Assembly: GCA_965153285.1 (NCBI GenBank)
Contig: OZ229115.1
DNA length: 64,000 nucleotides
Reading direction: 5' to 3' (one strand)
DNA from: Podarcis tiliguerta
Taxonomy: Eukaryota
Shown here: positions 35,072 to 47,910 of the stretch, in pieces
Layout of the letters: each line of letters begins with the position of its first letter
Numbering within the stretch: the first letter of the stretch is position 1
Notes under the pieces: model-generated
The model's database searches: none
What the model was told of the DNA's origin: nothing
Seen by the model: only the letters and a program-made list of their open reading frames with translations
Made by a program: the position numbers and the translations under genes

Positions 35072-38000
35072 ACCCCATGGTTTTCCAGTGATCAGCAGAG
35101 AAGCAAGGGGTTCCTCCTCATTACATAACTGGGAACAGAGGTTCCATTTCTTCTAGCCCAGTGCCTCAATGAGATCAGTCTCCAAAGAGGATGAGCGACA
35201 GCACATCTTGGGTTTGTGTGCTTTCCAGTTCTCTTTCTCTGGCACAGTTGCAGGGAGAAGGTAAAAAACTTCCACTTCCATTTTACATTAACCATAATTT
35301 TGTGTTGCATCCAAATCCTAAATTGTGGTTAGTCTTATCTAGGGTTTGATGAAACAAAACAAATCCATAAGGTGGAGCTTTACTTTGACTTGTTTAAGCA
35401 AACCATACTTAAGGTTAACCACAGTTTGTCTGGTCTCAGGCATCATTACTAGTTGCAGGAAAGCAAAAACTTTTGAACTCTTCCCACATCTGCACTGTAG
35501 GAGGATCACTGGTTTGTCCTTGTAACACTAAACCATGGTTTACCATTTCATGCTAACACAGCCATTATGTCTGTCAGTGCAGCTGTCAACCATTTTATTG
35601 GATTTTTGTGACAGTGCAGCTGAGTATCTCTATGTACACATGTTATGGCCCAAATTAGATTATGGTGTGCAGAAACCAGGCACTACTGAACTTATCCTAA
35701 TGTGTTCTGCAACAGTCACAAAAGTGTCTGACTGGATTTGCAGGACTCAGCAAGGGATGGTATGGTACTGCTTCCTTGGAGGAGCAGATCGATAACAGAG
35801 GCTGGTGATACATGAGGGAAGTTAGGGATGGATAATCTGCTGAATTTACATGACCCTGACTGGCCTGTGGAAGGCTGCAGTTTTGTTGGGCAATTTTCCA
35901 TTTACTTGCTGCCCATTGTATTTTAAAATTGCCACAAGACTAGTTTGGGTGCATGGCAGGGAAGCTGACTTTTGTGGTTCAAAGGAGGCATATATACACT
36001 TCAGAAAGGAATAGAGTTCCTAACTATAAGAGGTTTGTGTGTGGCTGATCTAGCACATTCCCATTCTTGCCAAATTCCTGGAAGGTCCTACTGTTTTTGT
36101 GCTTTTATTGTAATTACATTGCATTGCTTGTTGTTTCTTGTGGCCCTTTGAACCTTTCCTTTAGGATTACGCCACCTGCTCCTCCAGCTTTGTCACTTGT
36201 ATGTGTTAATGTGGATACTGGTTTAAAATACACACCAGAAGAGTTAATAAGATATTGAAGACATGCTTCTTTGTTGTCCATCAGTCCTAATGGCAAACTC
36301 AGGTGGTGAACGCTGACAGGACTGGAGCCAAAAGGGGGCCACGGAGCGGGAGACGGATATATGGTGCAGGTGCTAATAGCATGCTTGGGGCACCCACAAG
36401 GTTGACATAACTTCAAAAATATTTTAAAAGTCAGACCTAAGAGTTCAACATCACCTTCTTCTTAATGAGCACTGAGCATGCTCAGTAGCCATGGAGTGCT
36501 GAATGTCAGTTGGAAAAGGAAAAGAGAGAGGGAGAGGGAATGGATTGGAATATCCTGAAGTATGGCATGGCTGATTGGCAATCTGCGCAGGAGTACTGCT
36601 GTTAGGAGGTGAGGAAAAGTCCAATAGAAGATATGCTACAATAGAGGATACCCTTCAACATTCAGTGTAGGCCCTGTTTTCTACTTCAAACCCTGCAGTT
36701 GGTGACACAGTATGGATAACATGATGCTGAAATTATGTGCAGTAAACATTTCCATATACAGTACTGATATAGGACTGCACCAAGCTGTTCTTACGTTACA
36801 AAATCAAATAAAAAACCCTCCGTTCCACATTTAGGTAAGAGAACATTTGGGAGGGGTTAAATCCCTTCCCCACCTTACCTCCCCCTGCTTAATGTCTGAA
36901 GGAGAAGTTTTGGATTTGACCCTCCCCCTCCTTGGCAGCTGGCCAGTTTATGAAGTAGGTAGAAGGAGACAATAGAGTTGGTGTCAAAAAACTTGAGGTG
37001 ATTCTGTCTGCATCATTTTGAAGAAAGAAAGAAAGAAAGAGACTACCTTCAAAATGGGCAAGTCACATTTTGGACTGTTCAGTAGCTTTTAGCACAGACA
37101 TGTATAAATTATTTGTGTGCAGTGTCACTGCAGATCTCTTTCCTATCTGGGGCTTTAATTTTTTTTATATAATGATAAAATAATAAAAAAACTAATTAAA
37201 AAGGGCCTCAGCCAATAAGGAACTTCACAATGACAAAGCAGCACACGTGCCTGCTTAAAACATTTTTATTTAGGCAAGCCTATCCAGTCATGTAGATGTT
37301 AGTGTGTTTTGGTGTTTTTCCCTGTTAATTCTAATTACCTTTAGATGTTTTTAAATGTTTTAAACTGTTTTTATTGATAATATTAGTATTTATTGCACAC
37401 CACTTAGAGGCTTTTCTACAAGCAAGTTGTATATAAATTCTGTTAAATAAGTAATACATGAAGGAAATGCTGTGATAATTCTGTGCATGCACACTGGAGA
37501 AAGAAAATACAAATGGATGCAAGGTGGCATTTCCCACTTTTTGTGAGAGCATGTACACAAGTCCTTTAAAAAATGTACATCATGTTTAAAACAAGATGTA
37601 AAATGCGTAAAAACTTGTGAGTATATTATTATTGTCCATATGACCTACATGCCTACATACATTTTGGGCCTACTCAAGGCCCAAGTTCTTTTCACTATTT
37701 CCTGGGAGAGAGGGAGAGAGTACCTGCTGTTTCCAGCTTTACGTAAAGTATAGAACTCCCTCCATGTTTATCTACTTAAGAAATTAGGCTTCTCAACCTT
37801 TGCAATAAAACTATCTCACCCCCCCCCGTCCCCCCTCAGATTCATTTGTTGTCATCACAGTGGTACCCTCCTTACTGTGTTTTAATTCCAGTCTCTAATC
37901 TCAGCGCTTCTGTGATAAATTAATTGTAATGATAGAGGCCACAGTTACGAGGGTTGCTCCGCTTGCTTGTAATCTGAGCGACAGGTTTAGGGCCTGCTTT

Positions 38001-39804
38001 ATTTAAGATGCAAGGGTAATTACATGGGAGTTCGCATATGCAGGCAGAGAGATATGATTCATTCTCCCGGCGACGGCCATGACACAGCTGTTTGTCGGAT
38101 AAAATAGCGGAGCCGTGTTGTTACAAAATGTTCTCCTTATTATACCTCATTAAAAACAAGGCTGCGATAAGTCAGTCCTGGCAATGAATAAAACGTATTG
38201 CCCCCTGTAAAAGCTGATAGGAAAAATGGGGCTCACCCAAGCAGTATCGGGTCATTTATTTATTTTTGAGACCTCTCCCATTCTCTTTACTTTATCCCTC
38301 TTTCTGTACTTTTGAGGCCGCCAAAGAGATATTATTTCCCCCCACTTTGTCACCCATTGATTTTGTTCCCTCTCTTGTGCTACCCTGCTTTTTCCCAGTG
38401 TTAACTGACAAATACAGAAAGCAGCCAGAAGCAATTAGCAAAGACTTTTGCCAAGAACAAAAGAAGGGATTTGTTCTTCTCAGCCCAGCATAAGTTGTTC
38501 CTCTTCACCTTTATCAAGAGCTACAGGCATCTGGAAAGGTAAAGATCTTTATGGGGCTTGACTCTTTCAAAAGCAGGTTGAAAAAGAAAAAGACCCTTCC
38601 TTAAAGGCAAGAGAAAATATCCCCTCTATTCTCTTTCCCTGCCCCCCCTCCCACCTTCCCAGCTTCCTTTTTTTGCTTTTCATTTTTAATAGCCTTAAGT
38701 TTAAAGTGTTGTGGGTTTCCCTCCTCTCTGTTCTTTGTTACTCTGAAAGAAAACAAAAAAGTTGAAACAATAAAAAGGCAATGTGGAAAAAAGTGAGTGA
38801 CTTCTGAGAATGGCATCAGGGTGAGCTGTCGAGGAAAGGGCTCTCTGAACTGGCTTGCTGGAGCAGCTGCATCAATCCTGCATCTGCCACAGTTCCTGGG
38901 TGCTGGCGTTCAAAGAATGGCTTTGGTTTGTATGTGCTTGGATTTCTTTTCGAATACACACTTTAAAGTATTGTGCTCTGCTGGGCTGCCCAGGATTTGG
39001 ATTAATTATTAATTTCTTTGTCACTTTTCTGGCCTAAGGGTGCTTTTTAGGCTTGATTTTTACTGATGGGAAAAATCAGATCTGTAAGGCTGAAAATCCT
39101 CTTCATTCTTCTCAACCTTTTCTAACATCTCCTAGAACAGGGATAGTCAATGTGGTGCCCCATCATTCCTGGCCTTTTGCTATGCTGGTTGGAGCTGAGT
39201 TGGGAGTCCAACATTTGGAAGGCTATTTGTTCCCTGCAACCTGCACCAAAAAAGTGAGCATGAAGTTACCTGTCTGTACTGAGGAAAACTGAGGCCCATG
39301 CTTACTTAGTATTTGATCTAGCCAGAACTGCTTGCAAGGTATTTCAGTTTATACAAATGTTCTGATAAAGGAAGGGGGTGGAAGCACTTAATTGGTCAGT
39401 CAGCTAATTAACCCCAGATTATCTATAATGTTCTTAGGAACCTTACTACACAATGAATTGCCCCCAAAATTTATTACCTTAACGCAAAGAGCACATAGCT
39501 TAATTGCGACAGAAATTAAAGAGAATAATCTGTAGAAACTGGTTTATGATGCATGGTACCTCCTGTAACAGCAGCAGCAGAGTAGTAGTAGTAGTTGTTA
39601 CTATTATTTTTTCAATGCTTTTTCCAGAAAATAACATATTAGAAAAGCATAATACAAAAAGAAGGGAAGGAGCAAAAAGTTGTGCAAAACTCAGGAAAAT
39701 TAACGATACATAGTAATACACAAGTGATTTTTGTGTAATCCTACCCAAATAGATACCAAGATTATTAAGTTTATAGCAAAGAAGCTTAAGGCAGTATATA
39801 TCAC

Positions 39805-39935
39805 TCTCTTCCATTTTATCTTCACAATATCTCTGTGAGAATTTAGTCAGAGAGGTACCAACAGCCTTAAGTTTGTCTGCGAATTTCATGGCTGAATGGG
39901 GATTTGAGCCTAGGTCTCCGCCTCTAACCACACAG
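39805..39935 (-). mobile_element. MIR/CORE-like SINE fragment
   Basis: ccattttatcttcacaatatctctgtgag...ttcatggctgaatggggatttgagcctaggtctcc...tctaaccac; B-box-like (ctcaaatccc) on the minus strand. Confidence 0.6.
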
Positions 39936-39952
39936 GCTCACATAACTGTGAT

Positions 39953-40874
39953 TAGGGCTGGGTGATATTGGGTTTTCAACATTGTGGTGTATTGCCAGCC
40001 AGTCATCTGGGTTTGGCGATATACCGCAATGCTGAAAAAACCTGCAATGGCCCCAGCTTGTGAGATGCCAGCTGAAACTGCTGCAGCTTTCATCGTGGAA
40101 GCTGAGATGCTTTCATCTAGCACATTGTGGGCTGTGGCCAATACAGCTGGCCCCAGCCTGCTGCTCAGCCAGGGGGCAGAAAGGCTCCTGCCTCCAGCTG
40201 AGCGAGCCTTGAGGCCCCTGCCGCTCGTGCTGGAGCAGCAAGGACCTTGGGGCTCCTTGGCCAAGTTCCCTCTGCCTTCACTTGTATGGGGGGGTGGGGT
40301 GCGCGAGTTACCTTGCCAGCTTGCCCCCCACTCCCTGAAGACGGACTAAGCGATGGTAGCCAAGTACACAGAGCCTGCCTTCACTTTCACACGTGTAGGT
40401 GCACTGTCTCTTTCCTCTCATGGGGGGTCGTTCACCCCTGGAGGAATGACACAGCCCACCCTCCTGGGAGAAGTTCGTGAAGCACGGGGTGCAAAGCCAC
40501 CCTATCCGCGCCTTGCAGAGAGGGGCTGTTGGAGGCTGCTGCCCAGCGCTGGCCCACCAGCAGCAGCCAAGAGCCCCTACACCGCCTGGCTGCCTTCCAC
40601 CAGCGCTGATTCAGCTTGATTCTCCATCTGCTGGGGCAGAATGCGATGGCGGTTTCACCAGCGGTATGTCGCTGGTAAAACTGCCGCCATTTGAGCCACT
40701 CTGCCTCCAGCTCCCATCTAGTTTGTTCATCCCTCAGTGCGCTGGGCGCTGGAGGCAGAGGGACTCAAGTGTGGTGCCATTTACACCAGTGATATACTGC
40801 TGAGTGAAGCTGTCATTGTGGTCTGCCCCCACATACCGGTCCTGGGCGATATATTGATATATCACCCATGCCTA
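39953..40874. mobile_element. hAT-superfamily non-autonomous DNA transposon, 922 bp
   Basis: 16-bp TIRs tagggctgggtgatat / atatcacccatgccta (14/16 match) and a perfect 8-bp TSD actgtgat at 39945-39952 and 40875-40882; GC-rich interior with no transposase-like ORF. Confidence 0.85.
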
Positions 40875-42011
40875 ACTGTGATAAAAGTTTCTTCCTACTT
40901 CTGTGTTTCCCGTGATCCCAGAGCAGCTAGTTGCTGTGGCAACAGTATCTTTATTTGGTGCAGAGAACCCCAACCTGACATGGTGGCAACAGGTGCCAGG
41001 TTGGTGGTGCTCATGTATTTTTTCGGGGCGTTTTGTTTGGAATTTTTTGGAAATGGCAAGTACTTTCTTCACCTGTGGAGGGGTTTTACTGAATGTGTGT
41101 GTGTTTGTGTGTGTGGTATGGAAGTGAGAGAGTGAGATGGACATGAGGAGAGAGAAAGGAAAAAATACACGCAGGGTTCCTGTTCTCGGACCCTGCTTGT
41201 CTCCGTGAAGTGCGCATAAGCGCTCCCTCCTTCTGCCCTCTTCCATGTCCAAAAGGACCCGTGGGCCTCCAATCATGCGTCAGCTGGATGCAACTAAAAT
41301 GGTTGCTGCCTGTGTGGATATATATGTATAAGTATTGTATATGTAAAGTGCTTGTGTGTGAACGATGCATGTGTGCCTGTGGTGCTGTATATACAAGAGA
41401 GAGTAAGTGTGGTGTGACCACCCCGATTATTTTTCCTGGCACTGGGGTATGTTCCATGTTGTTATTAGACAGCAACTGTGTGTGTGTATGTAAATCAATA
41501 TTGTGTGATTTCCATAGTCAGAACCAGCAGGACATAGGTGACTTCCTACAGCAAATATGAGGTTGCCTTGGGTAGGGGGTGTTTGTTGGGAAAACAGCAA
41601 TGACTATACTCCCTCTAATTGTGTGCTATGTCATGCCCCTACAGCAGCCATTTTGTGTAATGCCACGCCCTCACAGCAGCCATTTTGTGACTGGCACCAC
41701 AGCACTTTGTCAGAATTTGAAATGTGCCCGCTGGTCTAGGATGATGGCTGGCATTGAACCAAGCTGTGGCATAGATCTGCCACAATGATGTGTGTATCAA
41801 GTCTGAGTCCATGTTATGTGAATTTTGTTCCGCTGATCATTGCTCTGGACCAGATGCTTCATTATTTGTGGTGTGTCTTGAGGGTTTGACGTAGGCAGAG
41901 ACTTCTATTGTACCTGTTCCTAGCTGAATTGTAGATTTGCTTCCTGTTACTACACTGTGTTTTGAGCTCCTGTTGCAGTTTAGTAGCACCCCACAGCTTA
42001 TTAGCAGGTGG

Positions 42012-42192
42012 TAGGGTGGCCATATGAAAGAGAGGGCAGGGCTCCAGCACCTTTAGTAGTTACATAGAAGAGGGAATTGTGGCAGATGTAGCTTCCGTGG
42101 CATTAAATCTGCTGAAATTTTCTCTTTAATTCTCTCTTTAGCTACACAGCTGTTCAAGATGCAAAAGCCTTCCCCTCTTTTCTTTTGGGCAT
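42012..42192. mobile_element. Palindromic MITE, degenerate
   Basis: Begins tagggtggccatatg; arms gaagagggaattgtggcagatg / atctgctgaaattttctcttt are imperfect inverted repeats. Confidence 0.5.
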
Positions 42193-44158
42193 TGTAGCAA
42201 GTGGATTTTTAAACGTAACAGTTTGCTTTTACTGGCCAAGTAGAGGTTTCACAATTCAAACCTGAATGAACTTCCCGAGTACTTTCCTTAGGGCATTTTT
42301 AGCAAATTTGTAAGGGAAAGGACTTGATTAAAGTAATTATTGAGACAAATCTTTGTGGTTTTATCTTTCAAATTAGATGAGAAAGTCCAAAGTAGCTAGG
42401 GCAACTTGTTACTTGACCTCTATAACTCTCATAATCTCTGCATGCAAACCTCTTCCTAGCTCTCTGGCCTTTTCTTCATAGTTCTTGCGTGGAATTGAAC
42501 GTTGCACTATTGCAAATATTCTGTCTGTTGAAGCGTTTCAGCTTGCCAGACAAAATGTCTCTCCTTCTCACCCTGTGTGCTGTCCTGGGTGTTTTCCTGA
42601 TCCCACCAGAGCCATTCCCAAGGGGCATGTGGTGGGGAGATGCGAAAGGCCTATTGCACAAGTGGAAGCACTTACGAAGGGCTTCTGCTGATGTGGCTCA
42701 TTAGATGAGTTCTGCCCCTTAGTCCCAAGCAGGATTGCTCTGCCTTAGTTCAGGAATGGTCAGCATATGGAGCCAAACGAAAAATATACCCTGACTTGGT
42801 GAGCCCCAGGTAAATTGCAGTTTGGTTTAAGGTGATCAGTGTAATTTGCACAGAGGTTATGGTATCATCCCATAATAGGTAGAAGTGTTATCTTTCTTAA
42901 ATGACAGTGGGATTATTAAACTTTATTGAAAATAATAATAATTTTCTTACCTATATCCTGCCTAACTGGTTGTGTTGCCCCAGCCACTTTGGGGGGGGGG
43001 GGAATGTGGGGGGAATACAATTCCGACCTTCTGAACTCTTGAAATGCACAAGTTGTGAGATGCGGAGAACAATGGATTTGGGTATGCTTTTATATCATTT
43101 CTTCTTGTGCTGATTTCTGTAGCCCAAGGGTAAACAGAAGCTCCAGGCAGGTGGGCCACTGCTGCTTACTTAGGAAGGGGAGAGGCAAGGTGGTGAGGAA
43201 GGTGCAGGAATGCCACACTGACTCCACTAGTGTGTTGGTACAGCGCTTAGCTCTCTGCTGCATTACCCCTCCCAATAAGCAGCAGCAGCTCGCACCCCAG
43301 GAGGTCAGGTCAGCATTTCTGCTCCACCACACTGTCCACTAGTGGGAGTAGACTCTAAATCGCTTCGGCTACCTTTGCTGTGCCAAGGCCTTGCACCCTG
43401 AAAAGTTTATCCATTTATTGATGGGTAAGTCACTGTACAGAAAATATTTGCAACAGGAAAAGCCTTGGTGGTTAACTATGTTCCCTCTCCTATTCTAGTG
43501 CCTATGTGCAAATTCATTTCCAAACACAAATGCAGTCACAAAGTCTAGAAATGTTTGAACGGTTATAGACTTTAACAGTAACCATCGTTACAGGTTACTA
43601 CTTTGTAAAAGGTATACTTTTATTGTGTATTATTTGGATTCCACATCCCTTCAAGTTACGCTGTTGATCCAGACACACCCCTATCAACACTGTCATATAA
43701 TTGCTAATTAATTGTACAGGCTGTGTTCAAATAAGTTTTACCCAGAATAGACCAATTCTAATGTATGAACATGACTCAGGCTGAACCATGTGTCCTCTAA
43801 GCAGTACCAGATGAACAGCATCATGAGAGGGCTGTTTCCAGCTACCCCACCCTTTGCCGTTAGAGGCCTTATAAGTCGCTGCTACAGGAAAGGAACACTG
43901 GGAGGGGTGTTTCTAGGACTAAGATGAAACTGTGATGCTCCCTTGTTATTTTTGATAGTGGATGCTACATGTTGTTTAAGTAAATCTAGTTATATTTCTA
44001 GTACTGGAATGCTGGTTTTTGGTACATTATTACATTTGTTATTATTCTGCTATGTTATTATGAAATAGTTTTCATAGTGTTTGTTTGAAATGCACCCGTT
44101 TCTTTGTTGTGAGCAGCTTTTAGCATGTTTTTCTGGTGGAAGAGCAGCATACAAATTA

Positions 44159-44187
44159 AATGAATGAATGAATGAATGAATGAATGA
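44159..44187. repeat. (AATG)n microsatellite, probably the tail of an L2-like 3' end
   Basis: Read directly; preceded by gttgtgagcagc...gcatacaaattaa. Confidence 0.85.
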
Positions 44188-44265
44188 GAATGCTCAGCTT
44201 GCAGAATGTGACCTTGTAGGATGCTGAAACAGAGTAGTTGGTCAATCTCTGTAAACCCCCCCCCC

Positions 44266-44267
<2 letters not shown>

Positions 44268-44312
<45 letters not shown>
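44268..44312. repeat. (AT)n microsatellite adjoining a C12 run
   Basis: Read directly. Confidence 0.95.
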
Positions 44313-44314
<2 letters not shown>

Positions 44315-45721
44315 ACTGCCTTTTGTTTAGGGTTTTCCTACAAGGAAAGGAGTCTGTTATCCTTAGGGTCTATTCTGCAAGGGCTTAAACATGGCAGGGC
44401 ACACTATGAGCTAATAGTTTAGATACATTTTCAACTAAAGAAGTAGTAACTGGAATTTGGATTTTGATGGTCAATCTTTAAAAAATAAGATTTTTGGTGT
44501 TGAGATCTTCAAAACCTCAATAGTCCAGCAGGAGAAGTGTTTGTTTCATAGATTCTGAAGTCCTTTAATCAAGGCACAGTTGCTTGCTAAATGCTGCTAA
44601 AGGGGCTATGGAAGGACAGGCTGGTTGGCCACACAACTGCTTCCACTCATTGACCACAACTACCTTTCAACTTCTGAAAGGTAGAATTAAGAAGAGTGGC
44701 CATGTTAGTTACGAATGCAGTGGGCTTGAGTGCCTGTGAGTGAGCACAAAATCCAATCCCTCTCGTAGTGCTGACTTCAGCATAGCGGATTGAGGTCAAC
44801 TGCCATAGTCACCAAATGGTGTTTGCTCTCAACGCCTCAAGAAGCAGGTGAGTAAATCTTGTGGCAAGCTTTGTTACTGTGGAGCTCCTTTGTATTGCAC
44901 ACAAAAGTCTCCCAACTCTTTTATTTTTGGCATGTGTGTGTGTGTGTCTGTCTGTCCTCTGGAGCCCCTAGATCACCAGCAGTAGCAGCAGTGGAGAGGG
45001 GACAATAGGCTTTGTCAGGGCTGGGTTTCCCTCTTACATCGCCTCTGTCCTAGGGAAGGGGGGAGCCTGTGCAACTCAAGGAGGCTTTGTCTTGCTGGGT
45101 TTTATGCACTCTCTTTTGGAGGTAGGGATGGGGGAGCAGTGGAACTCCTGAATTTTAATCAAGTTGAGCTTTGAAGAATTTAAGGGTGGGGGGGTTGTTG
45201 AGAAGGAGGGGAAAAGAGGGGGTTGTTGAGGAGAGGTTACTTTCTAAGTCAGACCAATGTCTGTGAAGGGGTCCCCCCCCCCAACATTTGCAGCACCCCT
45301 TTTGGCCATTGAAGCCTCAGGTTTAGAGTATATTTTTTTCAAGATTTGGGGAAAATGGGTGGTGGTGATGGTTATGCTATTTGATGGAAGAGTGATCGGC
45401 AGCTGCTTTGTAACAGTTCAGCAGTGGCGGCAGACACTTGTGGCTGTGTGGAAACTTCTGCCTGAAATGTGGGTATCTTTGAATGGCCTCATCTCTGTCC
45501 AGGGAAACACCAGCCTAACTTCTTTCTCTTGCTGATGGCAGATTTGACTAGTGTCGGCTAAAATAATTCAATCAGCTCAGGCTGTCTTTTCTCCTTCACT
45601 GAGAATTCAGGCTGGCCACAGCATAGATCATAGCAGCCTGCTTTGGGATAGCTGCCTAAATGCCAAGCAAACTATTATGGAAATACCTGAACCTGTCAGC
45701 ATGCACTTAGGTAGAGTGTTA

Positions 45722-45935
45722 GGACTGGACAAATTTGTGGAGGATAAGACTATCAATGGCTACTACCCATGATGCCTGTGTCCTGCCTCCACAGTCAGTG
45801 GCAGTAACGTTTCTGAATACCAGTGGAATCCATGCAGGGTGTGGATGTGTGTGCGCGCTCTCTTGTGCTCAGGTCCTTCATGAAGGTTTTCCACAGGCTT
45901 CTGGGTAGTTACTGTGCGAACAGGATGCTGGCCTA
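45722..45935 (+). mobile_element. CR1-like LINE 3' end / 3' UTR fragment
   Basis: GLDKFVEDKTINGY (CR1 ORF2 terminus ..LDKFMED..I.GY) followed by a squamate CR1-type 3' UTR ending aacaggatgctgg. Confidence 0.7.
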
Positions 45936-46059
45936 TCAGCTCCCTTCATTTTTAGTCTCTGTTGCTCTTAATAGAACTCAGCAGGGAGAAAGTTGGAGGC
46001 AAAACTAGAATTAGTTGGTTACTTCTCTCATTGGCTCTGGCTACATCTACACTCCCTGG

Positions 46060-46149
46060 CATAGCTGTCAACTTTTCCCTTTTTTAAAGGAAAATTCCCT
46101 TATTCCGAATAGGATTGCTTGCAAGAAAAGGGAAAAGTTAACAGCTATG
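46060..46149. mobile_element. 90-bp hAT-type MITE
   Basis: 24-bp TIRs catagctgtcaacttttccctttt / aaaagggaaaagttaacagctatg (1 mismatch); perfect 8-bp TSD ctccctgg at 46052-46059 and 46150-46157. Confidence 0.88.
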
Positions 46150-46643
46150 CTCCCTGGCTGCTGCCATACTAGTCCCAGTGGGCAGCAGCCACCACTGTTT
46201 GAGAGGCAAAGGGTGGAATGACACACTGTGCAAACCTTTCTGAAGCCCCTGATCAACACTGTGGTTCCAGTGAAACCCCAACCCAAAATCTGCTATTTGT
46301 CATAGGAGGAAAGATTCCCTTACCTAACAAATAGCAGCTTCTGACAGTGGGTGTTTGTTGGAACTGCAGCATGGGAGGAAAGAGTTTTAAAAAGATTTCT
46401 AGACTGCTGACCATTAGAATAATTCTGGAGCTATAGACAAGGGAGTGCCTAGTAGTATCACTTCTCTTTCTAGCTGCTTTGTGTACTCCTGCTAACATCT
46501 CCAGTGATACTGGTCTTCAGGGCCACTAGCAGGATCTTCAGCTCCTAGCATAGTATTTGCATTCAGTCCTCACCTCTCTGCTCCTGAGTGGTGCAGCTCA
46601 TAGATGGCTGTACGACAGATCTCTGAAATGGCACTCTGTAATC

Positions 46644-47014
46644 TAAGAGTTGGAAAACCATTTTCAGCCCGAAGGGCCACTTTCTTTCATGGGAAGCCTT
46701 CTAAAGGCCACATGCCAGTAGTGGGTGGGGTCAGAGGTAAATATGGGCAGAGCAGTGCCTGTGCTCTGTAGGTCCAATAAGCTATATTCCAGCCTTGCAA
46801 AAATCAAAGGTTTACACACACACACCCTTCATCCAGGCAAGCAAGAGGCATTATCACATTTGAATGACACATTCTAGCAAGGCAAAAGCAGAACAGGGTC
46901 ATTGAGAGGTGCAGCTTTGGAAAGGAGATTGGCCTAGGGAAAATCCCGAAGGCCAGATAAAGAGGCCTGGGTACATTTGGTCCCCAGGCACAGGCTCTAC
47001 AGTTTACACCCCTG
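46644..47014. mobile_element. Non-autonomous DNA element (hAT-like), degenerate
   Basis: ttttcagcccgaagggccac...ggccacatgccag motifs, terminus cacccctg; related to 25186-25633 and ~34915-34990. Confidence 0.5.
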
Positions 47015-47789
47015 TCGTGATCGATTCATCTGTATCCCCTCCCATCTGCAATCTGCTCATCTTATATATGTTGCTCTCTTAGTCCATTTTCACATCAGCT
47101 GCTTTGCACTATTTTTCTTTGTACAAACCTTCTGAACATTGTTCTATTTTAATTTCTTTCAAATTTACATTTCTGTCACTTTAAACCCTTTGAAGCAGCC
47201 ACATTAGTGTAGTATTGCCACACAGCACAGGAATGTGATTCTCCCAGTACTATACAAACCTGTGCCACTTTTTTTCAATCTCCTCTCAGAGTCTCTGTGT
47301 AGATGGCATGGTATCTTATTGTATCCGTGCTTGACTTTATCATTCAGCTGCCTGAGAAGTTACTTTCCTTTGTTTTGGGCAGAGTCATTTAATATGAAAG
47401 CAAGTTCCAAGGCATCCTTGCACTGAGATTCTTTGTCATTGTTCTTGTCTTCAATAGGACCTGTTATATGCCCTGAACCCCAAGGACTTGCTTCCATTGA
47501 TGCCTTTTTCTCTAGATCAGTTGAGCTCCTGCTTTCCACTAAGACACAGCTGTCCCTATGGGATTGACACTGCATCATGGCTCAAAGAAGATTTACAATA
47601 TCCATGGCAATCTTTCATAATCACTGATGCATGCACGTTCCATGTGGGCAAGAGAAGTGCCTGTGTTGGAGCTTTCATATGGCTCCTGTTTTCTGGGCTC
47701 AGCATATCCTATGGCTCCTGCTCTCACTTCCTGCCATATTGAAGTGGCAGCAGTGGGAAGTGCAGAAATTGGGTGCTTTTAGACTGATG

Positions 47790-47910
47790 GGGTTGTTGCC
47801 AATTTATTTTTACTCAGAGTAGACTCATTAAAATTAATGGAACTAAGTTAGTCATGTTCATTTATTTCCGTGGATCTACTTTTGACTAGGAATAGTATTA
47901 ACAACAACTC
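47790..47910. mobile_element. Palindromic MITE-like repeat (family of 17347-17668)
   Basis: gttgttg...ttactcagagtagactcattaaaattaatg / cattt...gatctacttttgacta...aacaac inverted arms. Confidence 0.55.

Noticed and set aside
39938-40803. Cluster of ORFs inside the hAT element
   Set aside because: No transposase or other domain motifs; explained by high GC content.
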